In this document: in pieces, positions 39,401 through 51,488 of the stretch
Numbering within the stretch: position 1 is the first letter of the stretch
Layout of the letters: every line of letters starts with the position of its first letter
Assembly: GCA_051294905.1 (NCBI GenBank)
Contig: CM119371.1
Location: forward strand, 23,872,001-23,936,000
DNA from: Botryllus schlosseri
Taxonomy: Eukaryota
DNA: 64,000 nucleotides
Direction of reading: 5' to 3'
Translations under genes and position numbers: made by a program
Notes under the pieces: model-generated
The model's input: only the letters and a program-made list of their open reading frames with translations
Database searches by the model: none
Told to the model about the DNA's origin: nothing

Positions 39401-40201
39401 TTCTTCTACAAGGTGTCGCAGATGGTCCGGCAGATCCAAGCACGGTTCGACTTCCACGGTGTCAGGCGCCGCCACAGACCCACAAGTCGCAAGGGGCACT
39501 AAAGAGCCTACTCGTTCCCCAGCAGGGATTACAATATCATTTTGAGATAGGTTTATAAACATCACAGGCACCTCATTACATGTAGGATCGACCAAACCGG
39601 ACAACACACGCAACCCACGATTATCATACTGGCTCTCAAACACAGGTGACGATTCAACCACACCATACTGTGAAAGGGACGGCAACCAAGGCCCACTCAC
39701 TGCACCCATGACAGCTCTTTCACTCCACTTAGGGACTATTATCTGTTTCTGAGTTATAACACCACAACAGGACACCGACAGCTGTTGCAATATAACATTT
39801 TGTCCATGCAAACTCATCATTCCTTTACCCATGTACAAAACAGCATCATGCTTCTCCATAAAATCACACCCTAACAAGCCATATGGCGCACCCAGACGAG
39901 CAATCACAACCTCTTGTTGTGCACAAAAATCACCAATACGTAGGGTCAACATCACTGTGCCATATAGCTCTAAGGGGCCACCAGAAGCAGTAACAAATGG
40001 GATATCACATGGTTTCAAATCAGTTATATCATACAGTCGAGTGTACAGATCATAGTCTAGGAAGGTACGGGGACTGCCTGAGTCTACCAAAAGTTTAGCC
40101 GACAGGCTGTCATTCACCGATGCAACGGTGTACCAGCTAGATGTGAGCCGAAGCGCACAAACAAAATTCATAAGTCTTTCCAAATCCTGGTCCATATCCA
40201 T
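36446..40201 (-). CDS. pol: Gypsy Pol (PR-RT-RH-IN), -1 frame relative to gag
   Basis: LVDSGS protease; RT (LDLESGFWQ, FGLCNAP, FMDD); RH (TDCS, RELYA, VDH, NADGLSR); integrase HHCC, D-D-E (IDHIGP, SDRG, VEKFN) and GPF. Confidence 0.97.
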   Translation of the reverse strand: MDMDQDLERLMNFVCALRLTSSWYTVASVNDSLSAKLLVDSGSPRTFLDYDLYTRLYDITDLKPCDIPFVTASGGPLELYGTVMLTLRIGDFCAQQEVVIARLGAPYGLLGCDFMEKHDAVLYMGKGMMSLHGQNVILQQLSVSCCGVITQKQIIVPKWSERAVMGAVSGPWLPSLSQYGVVESSPVFESQYDNRGLRVLSGLVDPTCNEVPVMFINLSQNDIVIPAGERVGSLVPLATCGSVAAPDTVEVEPCLDLPDHLRHLVEEPDNLNVQQRQQLRDLLIKYQDIFTGPDGKLGYTTLVEHKIELSSTVPVKVPPRRLSWRAREIVGDQIEKMEKLGVIEKAQSPYNAPIVLVPKRDNTYRFCTDFRKLNTITVKDAHPLPRIDDILDSLGGAKWYCTLDLESGFWQVPLNPSDRDKTAFSVPGHSQFRWTVLCFGLCNAPATFMAMMEKLLDGILWKKCLAFMDDILAYGENFDQTLCNLEDVFKRIRDAGLKLKPKKCKLFYQEVEYLGHVICPDGLKCSDDKVSAVKDWPVPKNLKDVQAFLGTANYYRRFIDQFSTIAEPLVKLTRKKATFEWSEDCQVAFLSLKQKLTSTPILAYPLETAGEFVLDTDCSGFGAGAVLSQVQGNEEKVIAYASKTLNKQQRRYCATFRELYAVQWAVNHFRSYLWGRPFRLRVDHSSLQWLYNFRNLEGITARWVSMLDTFNFKIEHRAGAKHGNADGLSRIRRKCERDCCATCGDKPDIELTCFLPGLEVTAIQPAPESGTDERMCSWLESYSPSQLKGLQIEDECISVVLNWKETRDDAPKGTELLPYPRDVRTLCMQWDALRVLDGVLHRKFLSQKPGNLELFQIVMPSSLRKDIYRLLHESRTGGHLGKEKTYKKIRSRFYWPNMHRQIADWTRLCKPCFAAKTPLRQHQAYLRKMPCAEIMDRVGIDHIGPLPLSENGNEYILCVTDYFSKFVEAYPVKDVKAVTTAEALVNQFLTRYGVPFTIHSDRGSAFESELFRHLMKLFEIDKTRTTSYHPRSDGLVEKFNGTLQKMIKTFVGNGNRNDWEDYIPYLLMAYRSTVHESTGYTPNRLMFGREISFPTDLMFGKPSNELSFEFYHEYVQWVESTTSDAFTFARQQLSRSAEKQERNFNLSVKPATYCVGDLVWFFYKPLVKKLSNGWVGPFKVIEVKSPYLYRIENLDNGQCRLSHADYIRPYLLETRESSPSTSDPAADDTTPTTTRAGRQINRPGRLQDYIT

Positions 40202-40230
40202 AAGAGCAGCGCCATCGGACCCATGGTCTG

Positions 40231-41547
40231 CTATGGCATGTTTACAGAATTGCCCGATTGGTGGGGCTCATGTTCGCCGGTGACTGGCGGAACACCATCT
40301 CTATTTCTATTGGGACACGAAACTAGAAGGTGACCCAACTGGCCACAGTTAGCACAATGGGAGTTTGGGCAGTTTTTGTGAATGTGTCCAGTCACTCCAC
40401 AGTTATGGCAAGGTCCATACCCAAACGTTACTCTTCTTCGAAAGGGAGGGCTTCTAGGCCGACTCATCGGCGGTGGATTACTGGCAGTCACTAGGTTGCT
40501 AACCAGGTCAATCAGCTTGTCAATTTTCGATTCTATCTCATTATCACGCTTGCCTACTGCAAGAAGTTCATCGCCAGTTTTTGGTTGTAGACTTACAGGA
40601 GCCACAACTGGTTTACTAGTTTCGAACAATTGACTGTTAGGCGGTCCATCAACAGAGAAATACAAATCCGCGGAAGCAACTAGCTCATCTAGGTTACTTG
40701 TTTTCATCAACGTTAGCTGTCGGCGAAGGTTAATATCGCCAAGACCGTTGATAAACTGTTGACACACAAACTCATCACGAGCCGCAGAATTCATACGTGG
40801 AAAAGCCTTCAAGCTAAGCGTAGCCAGAACTGATGCGAATTCTGTTGGGGATTCTCCCAATTTCATTTTGCGTTTGTTAAATTCAGTACGGCTCAAGGTT
40901 TCCATACCCCATGGAACGTAGCGCTTCTTCAATTGGGCAATTACACGATCAATATCCCGACGGCAATCAGCCGACATTTGTCCAAGCACTTGCAAAGCGT
41001 TACCACGTAAGCTAGCATTAAGCCTAGTACAAGCAGTTTGTTCGTCCCATCCGTTGGCCAATGTCACCGCATCAAAATGGCATAAATAATCGCTAATGGG
41101 CATATTCACACCATCAAATTGTTCCAGTTTAATAACACCAACAGCGGGTTTGGGCATGCTATGACTTGATGGAGTGGGGCGTACAGAATTGCTACGAGTA
41201 ACACGCACTCTATCATTTACATACTGTGGTTCTGGAGACATCACACCAGTTTTACTGTCAGTCATATCAACAAACTCCCCCATGTCACCATTATCATTAC
41301 TGTCAAACACACATCCACTCGCATTCGGAGCCGCAGACATACTCTCACCTCCCAAACTTTGTACAATGGTTAATACACGACTGAGGGTACTGTTTTGGGC
41401 TTCCACCATATCGTCGATCCGGCGATGAACCCGTTCCAACTCTGCTCGCAGATACTCATTCTCTTCACGCAATGAATCCATGCCGATACCGGTATTCTTG
41501 TTGCACTGATCGCTGGTTGTTAACTTGAAGACTGGTGTGCTCGCCAA
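40231..41547 (-). CDS. gag: Gypsy Gag with two CCHC knuckles (first ATG at ~41481)
   Basis: FDG, ANGW, QFINGL capsid-type motifs; CHNCGVTGHIHKNC and CANCGQLGHLLVSC. Confidence 0.92.
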   Translation of the reverse strand: MASTPVFKLTTSDQCNKNTGIGMDSLREENEYLRAELERVHRRIDDMVEAQNSTLSRVLTIVQSLGGESMSAAPNASGCVFDSNDNGDMGEFVDMTDSKTGVMSPEPQYVNDRVRVTRSNSVRPTPSSHSMPKPAVGVIKLEQFDGVNMPISDYLCHFDAVTLANGWDEQTACTRLNASLRGNALQVLGQMSADCRRDIDRVIAQLKKRYVPWGMETLSRTEFNKRKMKLGESPTEFASVLATLSLKAFPRMNSAARDEFVCQQFINGLGDINLRRQLTLMKTSNLDELVASADLYFSVDGPPNSQLFETSKPVVAPVSLQPKTGDELLAVGKRDNEIESKIDKLIDLVSNLVTASNPPPMSRPRSPPFRRRVTFGYGPCHNCGVTGHIHKNCPNSHCANCGQLGHLLVSCPNRNRDGVPPVTGEHEPHQSGNSVNMP

Positions 41548-42949
41548 TTGTAACGGTGTCGCTACTAGTTCTTTATACTCTTCAAGTGTAAATCAGTTCA
41601 CAGCCAGACAGATACCGTAACAGTTGTATTGACGACAGTAGAAAGCCGGAAACGTGTACCACCCAGACACAGACAGAATATTCTAGAAGGTTGCGGTTAT
41701 CTCCCGCGAACGCATTGTCTACAGGGGTGACGTCATCAGTCGCCATAGATGGCGCCCCGTCACACTTTGCGATAGGTATGGATGTACGTGAATTTACAAG
41801 CTGGTATGTAATCCTGATTTACAGGGACAGCATGTAGGTAGGTAGGCGGTAAAATGACAGTCTCGATCGCAAATGTACAGGAGAACATGTAGATTAGATA
41901 TACCGGAGGTGACTGTAACATTACAGTCTGGCGTGTAAAGTGAGATTACCGGACGAGTGTAAGTTAAATTTACATTGACTAACGGTAATGTTAGATTACC
42001 ACGAAATGTCTGGCTACCGTGCTTCCAAACATTTCGCGGTAAATCGAGGTTTTTATTTTTTACAGTGTAGTCGCCCAAGAATGCAAAGAATCATCGCCTT
42101 CAACTCTACACATGAGCTAATCAGTGTCTTCCAAGTACTTGACCATCTGAGTCATTTCATTGGCTATAACTAAACTTTTCTTCGATTGCTTGCTTGTATA
42201 ATTGAAAAGTTTTGAGTACTTTGATTGCGGAGGATCTATTACCTTTTCATCACTGGATGATTTTGTACAATGCATCGCTACTATATTTACCATTGTCTGT
42301 TGTTTTTACGGCGGTATAGGCTACCTGATATCAGACGAGTGCAACGAAAGCAGTGGGACAAATAGCGATGTCGCCAGAATTCGTCAGATGCGTTAATCTA
42401 GCCATTACGATTCGCAAATTTCTTCATCTTCAAGTCAATGACTTGGGCCGAGTCATGCGTAATGACTCGAGTTCAAGTCAAGTCAATCCAAATATTTACT
42501 CGAGTCGAGTCGAGTCATTTTTCAATTTCAAGAAAATGACTCGAGTCAAGTCGAGTCACAAAAGAATCGTGACTCGAGTCAACTGAAGATTAGCGTCAGA
42601 ATGGTCATTTCTAAAGTAGGGGGTTTTGCGTTTCAAAAGGAGGGGGTTTCGCCGCCCCTGGCTACGCGCCTGTCGCCACCCCATGCAAAAATAAAAGTCG
42701 GCCTCCATGCCTACAGGTCCACTTTCTATCCAGCCAATCCTCACATCAAGCCGAAAAGAATATATCAATTATTATAATTTCTCTCCGTTTAATCGACCGA
42801 TTTCATGTACCTGATTCGCCTATATTGAGCCATACTGCCCAATACCAAAGTAACATTTTTGAGTTTTTTCAGTCTTCAGTCTTTTTGAGTATGTGACTAC
42901 GACATATGGTGATAAACTACACTAGTGACTCGTTCGTCTTTGTTTATAG

Positions 42950-43800
42950 TATCTGTAAAAGTGATATTTCGTTTTCGCAATTCAACAAGAAAAAGGTTCT
43001 ATTCATGACGTTTGGCAATCCTTTCGGTTATTTACGATTTGTTATGCGGGGTCTGTAAAATTTATCTATAGATTGAATATTACACCGTTTGGTGCATGTT
43101 ATTTCTTCGTTATTTTCAATCCAATCAAGTGTTGATATATATGTCAAACTGTTGTTTTGGATCCTGAGGTGCCCTTATCGGACGCACTCCAACAACCTTC
43201 ATATGAAATCACCGTAACTTTGGAAACATTGAAACGAAATTATCCGGTCTACTGTACAATCGTCCTCGGAATATTCATTGGGTGCTTTTTTCTATTGAAA
43301 TTTTTTTCGACTCCGCTGATCTTCCGTGTAAATCAGGCCTGCTCAAGGATACAGATATCGACATATGCCCGTCGCCTTCGGCGTCAGTTTTGCTAAGTCA
43401 TGAAACATTATCAAAATTGACTCCAACCTATCATGCGAATGGGTAAACTTTGGGCTGTAAGACGGAATACATCTTATTTCTGCTTCTTGCCTGTGTCTCT
43501 CGGCACGAGCAAAAAATGTTCAAGTTCGACATAATTATTGTCAACACCAAATACATTTGATGATAAAAACCATGAACACTACCAATTCTTTTGGTAGCGC
43601 GCGTTGACTTGAAACTACGTTCATCACAAACTGAAAATGTTTGATATATTAGTATATAAGTAGAACGACTTCCAGATTTCTGAGTCATTCTCATTCCTAT
43701 CCAATAAAATGACTCTCGTAACCTTTGCTTTGAAGACCTCATAGATCAGCTTGACAATGAATTGTACTCGTATTTTAAATGTCGATTTCCCCATAAACGG
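42950..43800 (-). pseudogene. Highly decayed Gypsy integrase remnant
   Basis: KQRLRESFYWIGM (HHCC region), YLVLT, IPRTIV and QTPH in collinear order, with stops and frameshifts. Confidence 0.5.
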
Positions 43801-44033
43801 AACTCACGAGCAATATCATATGTGACTGTGCAGTGTCTTCGAATTGGAATTGCTGGAAATTCATGTCGTATTCTGGTAAACAGTTATAGGAATTCATTTA
43901 TGTAGGTATCACGCAATTCATTTTCCGTTGCATACATCCAAACTATATTCCACCAATGCAATCGAGACTGATATAATATACCAAAAATCAAAATACCTTT
44001 TAAGTAAAATCCTCACATATTTGTCTCATCCAG

Positions 44034-44201
44034 ATTTCGAAACTGATCATCATGGATAGGACAATGCCTCCAGACGCTTATTTCTACATCGCAACTACCG
44101 TCAAAGCCGCCAAATGTACTATACTATATTTCGTAAATTGCGATTTGTCAAAACAGAAATTGGAAAGCTTGTTGATGGGCTGCAGGGAAAGTCACAGCTT
44201 G
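44034..44201 (+). CDS. LRR-cassette exon C (56 aa, phase 0-0), more divergent paralog
   Basis: tctcatccag|ATT...TTG|gtaagt; 168 nt; ISKLIIMDRTMPPDAYFYIATTVKAAKCTILYFVNCDLSKQKLESLLMGCRESHSL; same SKL-x-I-x-D-x-x-M and C-x4-F-x-NC-x-L frame as the A/B exons. Confidence 0.83.
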
Positions 44202-44550
44202 GTAAGTTTGGCTATTTTATTTTTCGTGTCACCCCGATTTCCATACGAAGAAATCAAATCGAAAAATCACCAAATTTCATTTTTTTGCAATTCATCGATG
44301 AATTGGCCACATATTTGGTATGGTGGCATTGGGATCACGTGACGACGGACGTATTGGTATTATTTGGGATGTTGGGTTGTATTACACGTAATTGAAGGCT
44401 GAAATTTCTTAAATGATGCGTATCCCAGACAATCGTGATGAACGGAGAGGGGAAGCCGAGGGTCTTTAACCATTGAGCCCTGAAGTTCTGCGAATCGGAA
44501 AAGTAATATTAAATTTTCCAAAATTGCGACGACGTGCGAAAGAGATTGAA

Positions 44551-44645
44551 ATGGCCCGAAGGAAGATTCAAATTGATGAAAGATATGTTGCCTTGACTTT
44601 GTTGCAGAAGGGAAACTATGTGATCACTGTAGCCAGGGATATGTG
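44551..44645 (+). pseudogene. Possible Tc1/mariner transposase N-terminal HTH remnant
   Basis: MARRKIQIDERYVALTLLQKGNYVITVARDM resembles the paired-like HTH start of Tc1 transposases. Confidence 0.35.
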
Positions 44646-45107
44646 CTTTGATAGTCTGGTTTCGTGGATGACTTTCGTCCTATACAGACTGAGATGGTTT
44701 ACATATCACACAAATTTGACGATGGATATTTGTATTGTGTTGCTCACGTATGTGTTGTCATAAGCGTTCAGTAACTGTTCGGCTGTCCTCAGCTGTGCTG
44801 CTGTGTCTTAGTATGTTCGAGATGATGCCTATGCTGAATTTCTATTTGAATGTGAACTATCTTACTGTACTATCTGGAACGGCGGGTAAAGCTTATAATG
44901 CGTTGGGTCACTTCTTCAGTCGGCCGGCAGAATGACGATAACGGAAGTTTCTCGCGCATTCCGGAATCATTATACAGTTCCGTTTACGTCCACATATAAT
45001 AAATCTGTCGTACCTAATGCTCATTGATACCACTGCTCCGGCTTCAGTTCCGGCTCCGTCAACTATGGTTCGGTTGTAGCCATTGCATGGAACCATCATG
45101 TTGTGGG

Positions 45108-45286
45108 CAATGTTCCCTCTAAGCTGCGCACGTGCGCAAATGCGCAGTGCTGAAACGGTCTCTGCGCAGAGAAAATCGAAGCTGTGCACAAAAAATCCGA
45201 AGTGATGACTTTTTTTAGTAGTTGTGCAATGTTCTTCAAGGGACCGCGCAAGCGCGCAGACTTGTGGAAAATTACAGGGAACATTG
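45108..45286. mobile_element. Small hAT-like MITE
   Basis: TIRs CAATGTTCCCT / AGGGAACATTG; TGCGCA motifs; TSD unclear. Confidence 0.65.
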
Positions 45287-45695
45287 CCAGGGGAAAATAG
45301 TGTTATCGCTGATGTCTGAAACCGAGGTACAAGTGCGGCCCATCGAGGTAAATATGACGCTCCGCGAAGTTAATCTGCGAGAAACCAACGAATAGTGTTC
45401 TCCACGTGGTATGAACATTGCGTATAGATTTACTGTACAATTGCATTCCGCGAATTTTCGAAGTCATCATTTCCATCCGGCAAATCTGATCACGTATGTT
45501 GAGATAGGATAATATGCAGAATATGCTAGTACAAGCACCAATATTGTTGAAAAAATCTATCCATCCCCTTGCAAATGTTGATCGGGAAAGCTGCAACTGT
45601 GCACTGTGGGCGTTGAATTACATCAGCTTCTCAGCAGCACAAATTTTGATTTTATTCAATTCGAACGGAAATCTTCTGTCGATAAGGTCATACGC

Positions 45696-46146
45696 TAGGC
45701 TTACCATACGTCCTCTTTTAAGAGGATTTGTCCTCTTTTTTGACTTTTTTGAAAGTGTCCTCGGAGGATGCCCAAATGCCCATCTTTTGAGATTTTGTCC
45801 TCTTTTTTGAAAATTTAGGTCAGATTTAGAGCAAATTGCGAGTGATAAGTCGTAAATTAGCACATAAGTGACGCTCCGGCGGGTATTTCGGAGTGAAAAA
45901 CGGTGATTTTAGCTCGGAGCGAAAAGATGACCTTTTTTTAGTCATCCACTTGGCAATGTGGAGAGAAAAACGGTATTTGGAGCTCGGAGCGGAAAAGATG
46001 ACCTTTTTTATTTTTTTTTAATTTTAGTCAACCGATCGCAAAGTGGGAAAAATTCACCGGTTTTTGAGAATTCTTCTCCGGTTTTGCAAGTTGCAAATTT
46101 CTGAAAAAGTGTCCTCTTTTTAGATTTCCAAAATATGGTAAGCCTG
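45696..46146. mobile_element. hAT-type MITE
   Basis: TIRs TAGGCTTACCATA / TATGGTAAGCCTG; perfect TSD TCATACGC; GTCCTC repeats. Confidence 0.88.
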
Positions 46147-46202
46147 TCATACGCTGATATTGTTCTTGCTTCAGTCAGAATTGAATATTCGTACATAGTA
46201 AT

Positions 46203-47338
46203 GAGAGCATTGCCGGTATTAGGAGGTCACATCAGTGTTTAACGCGGTAGGCCTACATCGATCGCATATATTGATTTAAAGTGCGTTCTCGTGCGTGTAC
46301 GACTAGTAGTGGTCTATGCCACCATGTATACCACATGTATATATTGTGACGTCACAGGGGGTCGCACAAGTTACGATTCGCCGTCTATAGTACTCGCGGT
46401 TATAGGCGTCCGCGTCCATTTGTGTCGCTACAAGTGTTTTGGCTAGCTGCTTCCCTGTGTGGCCAACGTTGAATGAATAATCGCTAATTCTTCTTAGCGC
46501 TGTTTATACTGACCTCTTTCAATTGTGGCAAAACGAATGGTTAGTTTCTCATCCCCTCACCAAGTCAAATTAACAAAGAAATGCGATTCGTTTAACATGG
46601 AATAGTTTTCGGAGCATGTGAAAACGGAAGACAAAACTATAAAATTAGGTGAGTTTTTTCTTTTTCGAGTGGGAAAGGTCTGCTCTGCACAATATGTCGC
46701 AAAGCCAAAATAGCAAACGAAATTTCGGATGGTAAAATGTGGACACTGGACAGCATGGAGGTCACGAAATAGCATCCTGTGATAGAGTCATTATACCAAC
46801 CAACGGGTACGCCCGACGATGCTTAATTAGGGGTCCTACCTTATCCAACACTCCTCACCCGATCAGCTCTACCGGTAAATCTGATTTCGTGAGCAGAGAG
46901 AGCATAAAATTGAGAGCAATATACCGATTCAACCATGAATATAGAAAATCTTCGCGCGTTTGGACCACACATCCACCAATCGGACACCCAATGCAGATGA
47001 CCAGTACTGGTAAAAAGCGTCGAGCCCGAGGGGGGTCTGTGGGGCGAAGCCCCCCAGAAGTTAGGTTTATCACCCTGTGGGGGGCCTGGATGCGCACTGT
47101 TGTCCAAGGGCCTGCGCAGTGAGTTGGCGTGTTTGCGCAGACTCGTGAAAAATTAGAGGGAACATTGGTTGTGTGGGTATGCACAGTCCTGTGACGTGAT
47201 AATTACTTTGTGTCGTCTGTCGATAACGTCATATCCGCACGAGAACGCAATTTACTCTACGTCATTGCATGTACACTTGGTACATCATACAGCACTAAAA
47301 CAGTGAAGTGACGTTTTAATACCGATACTGCGCTCTTT
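46203..47338. mobile_element. MITE with ~130-bp imperfect inverted arms
   Basis: AAGTGCGTTCTCGTGCG (46280) vs CGCACGAGAACGCAATT (47236); GAGAGCATTGCCGGTATTA vs TAATACCGATACTGCGCTCT. Confidence 0.55.
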
Positions 47339-47939
47339 GTTATCAAGCCATGCAGTGTAATTTAATCTTGAAATGGAGCGATTTTTTCGACTGTTACTGC
47401 AGAAGTGAGCGCATGTCGCGACCGTATCAGCAGAAATCCACTTTTTTACCAAATATAGTCAATGGCTTGAAATTCGATATTGGTGTGCTCGTTACCAGTC
47501 TGTCCGTCGTCGATCACGTTAAGTTGAATACACAAGGTTTCCCTCAAACGAGCAGATTGAAGTCAGAATTTGTGCCACTAAGAATCCCGTGTTGCATCGA
47601 TCATTCAGAACTTGATTGTTTGTTAAGAACTTGATTGTATTCATGGTGTTTGTCGACCACTGTGGTCATTTACACCACGCCAATTTTTCGTTTTATAGCG
47701 CAGCTGCCGAATTGTAGCATCGGCCCACTTCTATGCTTTTATAAGACACAGCTTACACGGATGAGATGAGATGGCGAGGAAGAGCCTAAATAAACCTCCA
47801 ACACTCATTGAGAACTTGATTCAACGCCATGCAGTGTACAAGTCAGTAACCAATTAAACTACAAGGTCGCAAGAGACATTGCGCAACAATTCAGGAATAC
47901 GAGTGTATCAAGCAGACTAAAGCGAATACACAAAATTAA

Positions 47940-48430
47940 AGGGGCACTGCGCTCTAAAAATGACGTGGTCTCAAATTGAAGGTAAAAACGAACCAAAAAT
48001 TTTGGCCGCAGCCATTTCCTTCAGAACGCCACCGTAAATGGAGCTGCAATTTATTGAAATTTCTACAAGACCAGCTGCCGCGGCTGCTTAACCCGTTACA
48101 TGGCACGATGTCTTCATCGTCGCACTTGCTCGACGCCATAAGGCAGTCACGAAGAGAACGAAACTTGGACACATTTCCTTCATAACATCGGCTGACAACT
48201 ATCTAAAATTCGTTCTCTGCGTAACTGCCTAATTGCGTCGAGCAAGTGCGACGGTGAAGATATCGTGTCATGTAACGGGTTAAGCAGCTGCGGCAGCTGG
48301 TCCTGTAGAAATTTCAATAAATTGCAGCTCCATTACGGTGGCGTTCTGAAGGAAATGGCCGCGGCCAAAAATTTTTGTTCGCTTTTACCTTCAATTTGAG
48401 ACCGCATCATTTTTAGAGCGCAGTGCCCCT
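47940..48430. mobile_element. Kolobok-type foldback MITE, almost fully palindromic
   Basis: TTAA|AGGGGCACTGCGCTCTAAAAATGA...TCATTTTTAGAGCGCAGTGCCCCT|TTAA; ~200-bp arms, ~90-bp spacer. Confidence 0.88.
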
Positions 48431-49434
48431 TTAATGTTTACAAATTAGAAAGCGCGCATCCAATCAGTAATTGCCCTATTATATTCAACACCAGGGCAGG
48501 GTTCGGACTTCGCATCGACTATAGCTCGCATCTCGACAATTGTATGCGGACTATAAAAGCGATCTGCCGGGCTGCATCGGTGCATTTCCCTATTTACGTT
48601 CGCAAATCGTTACTGGAGTAAACGATCATGCGCTAGAATTAAGCTCAATTCGTAGGCAAAAACGGTGACACACTTTCCTATTCGACGCTACGATTAAAAA
48701 CTATCGACGAAGAATTTGCTCGTCCAATTCAGAAAGGAGGCAATGTTTCTCGGTGTGCGGTGTCCAAATAAACATGTACAGCAAGGTTATATTTATATCC
48801 TATGGCGTCGGCTAAATATTTGTCTCATTTGTCTCAGGTATATTGCTCTGCTCACATAACCATCAATCCCGTTTGGTGACATGCATGGTTTTCATTATTT
48901 TTCGAACCTAACAAATCGCTATCGGTGTTGTGCTGATGACGAAATTGATGGTATACCTATAATAGAGTAATTACGGAGTGAGCGCGGCAAATCCAGCCTA
49001 CCCAGGCCTGACACCTATGTACGAACATGGGTATTGGTTAGTATGAAAAGATAATGCCAACAAGGCAGCAATTCCTAATTTTGTGAATGATTATCGTAAA
49101 ATGATGTAAAGTCAGCCAACAGCAATAGCATAGTATCTTATGAAATACATCGGAGCTGGAGCTACTGTTCATACAACCGTTTCCAGCTCCGGCTCCGGCT
49201 ACTGGCTTTGGCTCTGGCTCCGGCCCTAAAGCCCTGAGCACATCTCCCCTAGTTTACTTAAAAGGAAATAGTTAGTTTTATCCCGATGGTAATCAGTTAC
49301 AGGCTCTTTCGTTGACTAGACAGCTTATGCTAATTCGTACCACCGGTTCATCTGTAGAAAGAGTCAAATAGCAAATATCTCATCGGTGATGTTAAGTAGA
49401 CTCAAAGACAGGATACGAATAGCTTACCTTAAGC

Positions 49435-51488
49435 CAGAGGTCTCAAACTCAAATGTGCTCGCGGGCGAATTTCCTAGTTTTCGATGACGCTGCGGGCCGC
49501 AGCATCGATAATAGGGATATTCAATATATAATTTCCAAGTAGGCCTTATTTGACGGGACAGGCATTTCACAAATATCGTTGAAATGTAATTTACTATTGT
49601 ATTGTCCACGCTTGACACGGAAAATCTTTCATTTCCCAATATTTGAATAAAATTGTTTTTGTGCCGGGATAATTTTTTTCATTAATGAGTTATAGACATC
49701 ATACAAGAGGATGCACGATAACATTTTAGAACTCTCGGGTTATAATATTGCAACTAGTGGACCTTTGACGCGCCACAATTTTATGTAGAATATTTTAAAA
49801 TCTACTGAAGATTGATCTGATATCAGAGCATTTGAACGGTGTAGCCTAATCCTGGCTTCGATATGGTAGTGATAGGTATAGGGTATATTGTTACTGTCAT
49901 TGCCAAAGTCAAATTAAATCAGCGTTAGATTCTGCCTTCGATTAATATTTATTGAAAAATATATATAATACCTTAAATATAATCATTATTGAGTAATAGT
50001 AATAGCATTGCTTCTTAGCCATTTTTCGCGATCGTACCCCTTGTGCTTCCAATGAGATTTCTTGTAGCACCTGGCAATTTTCAACACAATTTCTGATGGT
50101 AGGCTACCTATACAAAATATCAGATCGCCCATTCAGATAAAATTGCGCATAACGCGAAGACTATATTACAGTTGAATAAATTTCCCAAAGAAATATTCCA
50201 CAGCAAATAGGCTTAATTCCACAATGCATCTCGTACACCCTGATGTGGTGCTTCGTACCCCGATGGGGTCTACGGACCCAGGTTAAGAACTTCTGGAATA
50301 GAAATGTCCAATCGGCGCAGAATTCATTAGTGTTACATCTGTAGAGCGTACTATACTACCTTACTCGCCACCGATAATAACATGGATAAATAGAACAAAC
50401 AACATCCAGCATGTAACCAACTATACGTCACGTGGTCACAGAATGCCAATGGTTGCCATACTGACCTGATTAGATAACTATATACCCTACGCAACGCAAG
50501 CTACGACCTTTTAAACATATTACTATTCTCCATGACAGTTTCACAGATTGTTGCGTCCGTAGGATTACCAAGTCACCGTTCCGAGTCGCAAGTTATTCTC
50601 TTACTTGTATTTTAACGTTTGACCCGAATCAAATCGAGTAATATTTATTCAATCACCCAGTCAATCCGAAAACGAGTAATTTCTAGGGCTGGGCAAAATC
50701 GAGTACCTGAGTGATTCAATTCTGAATCACGTAATATGCTTCGAGTCGAGTCGAGTAATCGAGTATCAGTCATTATGACGTCATAACAGAATGTAATATG
50801 TCAAAGTTCAAATATGTACCTTTTATGCTACCACAAAGAATATAATGCCTGTTATCCGTTACATTAAACATAGTGTGATATTTTTTCGCCCGTACCGATT
50901 TCATAGGACTTGGTGACAATGCTGTGGGATGATCATGACTTCGGAAATGTGCTATTTACAGTAATGTTCCTAGCTTTGTGCTATATATTTCGTATGCTAC
51001 AATATGAAAAATCAGGTTTCAAGGCTTCAGCAGTGAAAATCAGTATCGAAACTATAATTCTCGTTGATAAATTAACTGTCAGTGGCGAGGAGCGTATAAT
51101 TTCAATACTCGAAAAGTTCGTCTTTTACTACTCGACTCGAATCATTAAAAATAATACTCGATTCAGATTCGAGTACTCGAATCATTGTGCCCAGCCCTAG
51201 TAATTTCACGAGAAGGTCGCGCAAACCGAATCACAATTTTCAGTCACGAATCACCAATGGGTCATATGACGTAATAGCTGGTCTTCTAAAGCGTGGTAGC
51301 TTTTAAAAGTGACGTGATAGTGGAGTTAGTTGAGATTTTTGTGAATTTTATAGTAGCCTAGTTTTATGGTGAACTTACGTTCTTATAACTAAAAAGATAT
51401 ATGGCACTTGAATATCTTGTTGAATCCTTGAAATTCCAAAAGGCCGTCGCGGGTCGCACAAAATGCTCTCGAGGGCCGCAGACGTCTG
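49435..51488. mobile_element. hAT MITE with nested insertions
   Basis: CAGAGGTCTC...AGACGTCTG ends; perfect TSD CCTTAAGC. Confidence 0.82.
50684..51199. mobile_element. hAT-type MITE (nested)
   Basis: TIRs TAGGGCTGGGCA / TGCCCAGCCCTA; perfect TSD GTAATTTC; TCGAGTA repeats. Confidence 0.9.

Larger units (their letters stand above)
36061..41764 (-). mobile_element. Intact young Gypsy/Ty3 LTR retrotransposon (element 1)
   Basis: 216-bp LTRs 36061-36276 and 41549-41764 (TG...CA; one difference seen); 4-bp TSD CTTT; PBS TGGCGAGCACACCAG (41532-41546, partial match to a tRNA-Arg 3' end); PPT GGAGGGGGG before the 3' LTR. Confidence 0.97.
34303..42067. mobile_element. EnSpm/CACTA-type non-autonomous element hosting a Gypsy insertion
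   Basis: TIRs CACTGTAAAAAAT / ATTTTTACAGTG; TA on both sides; TTAC/GTAA-rich subterminal regions. Confidence 0.75.
32839..42585. mobile_element. hAT-like MITE with GAGTCAAGTC subterminal repeats, expanded by nested insertions
   Basis: CAGGGTTGTAAC start; GACTCGAGTC/AAGTC arrays at 32850-33015 and 42430-42580; right TIR and TSD degenerate. Confidence 0.55.
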
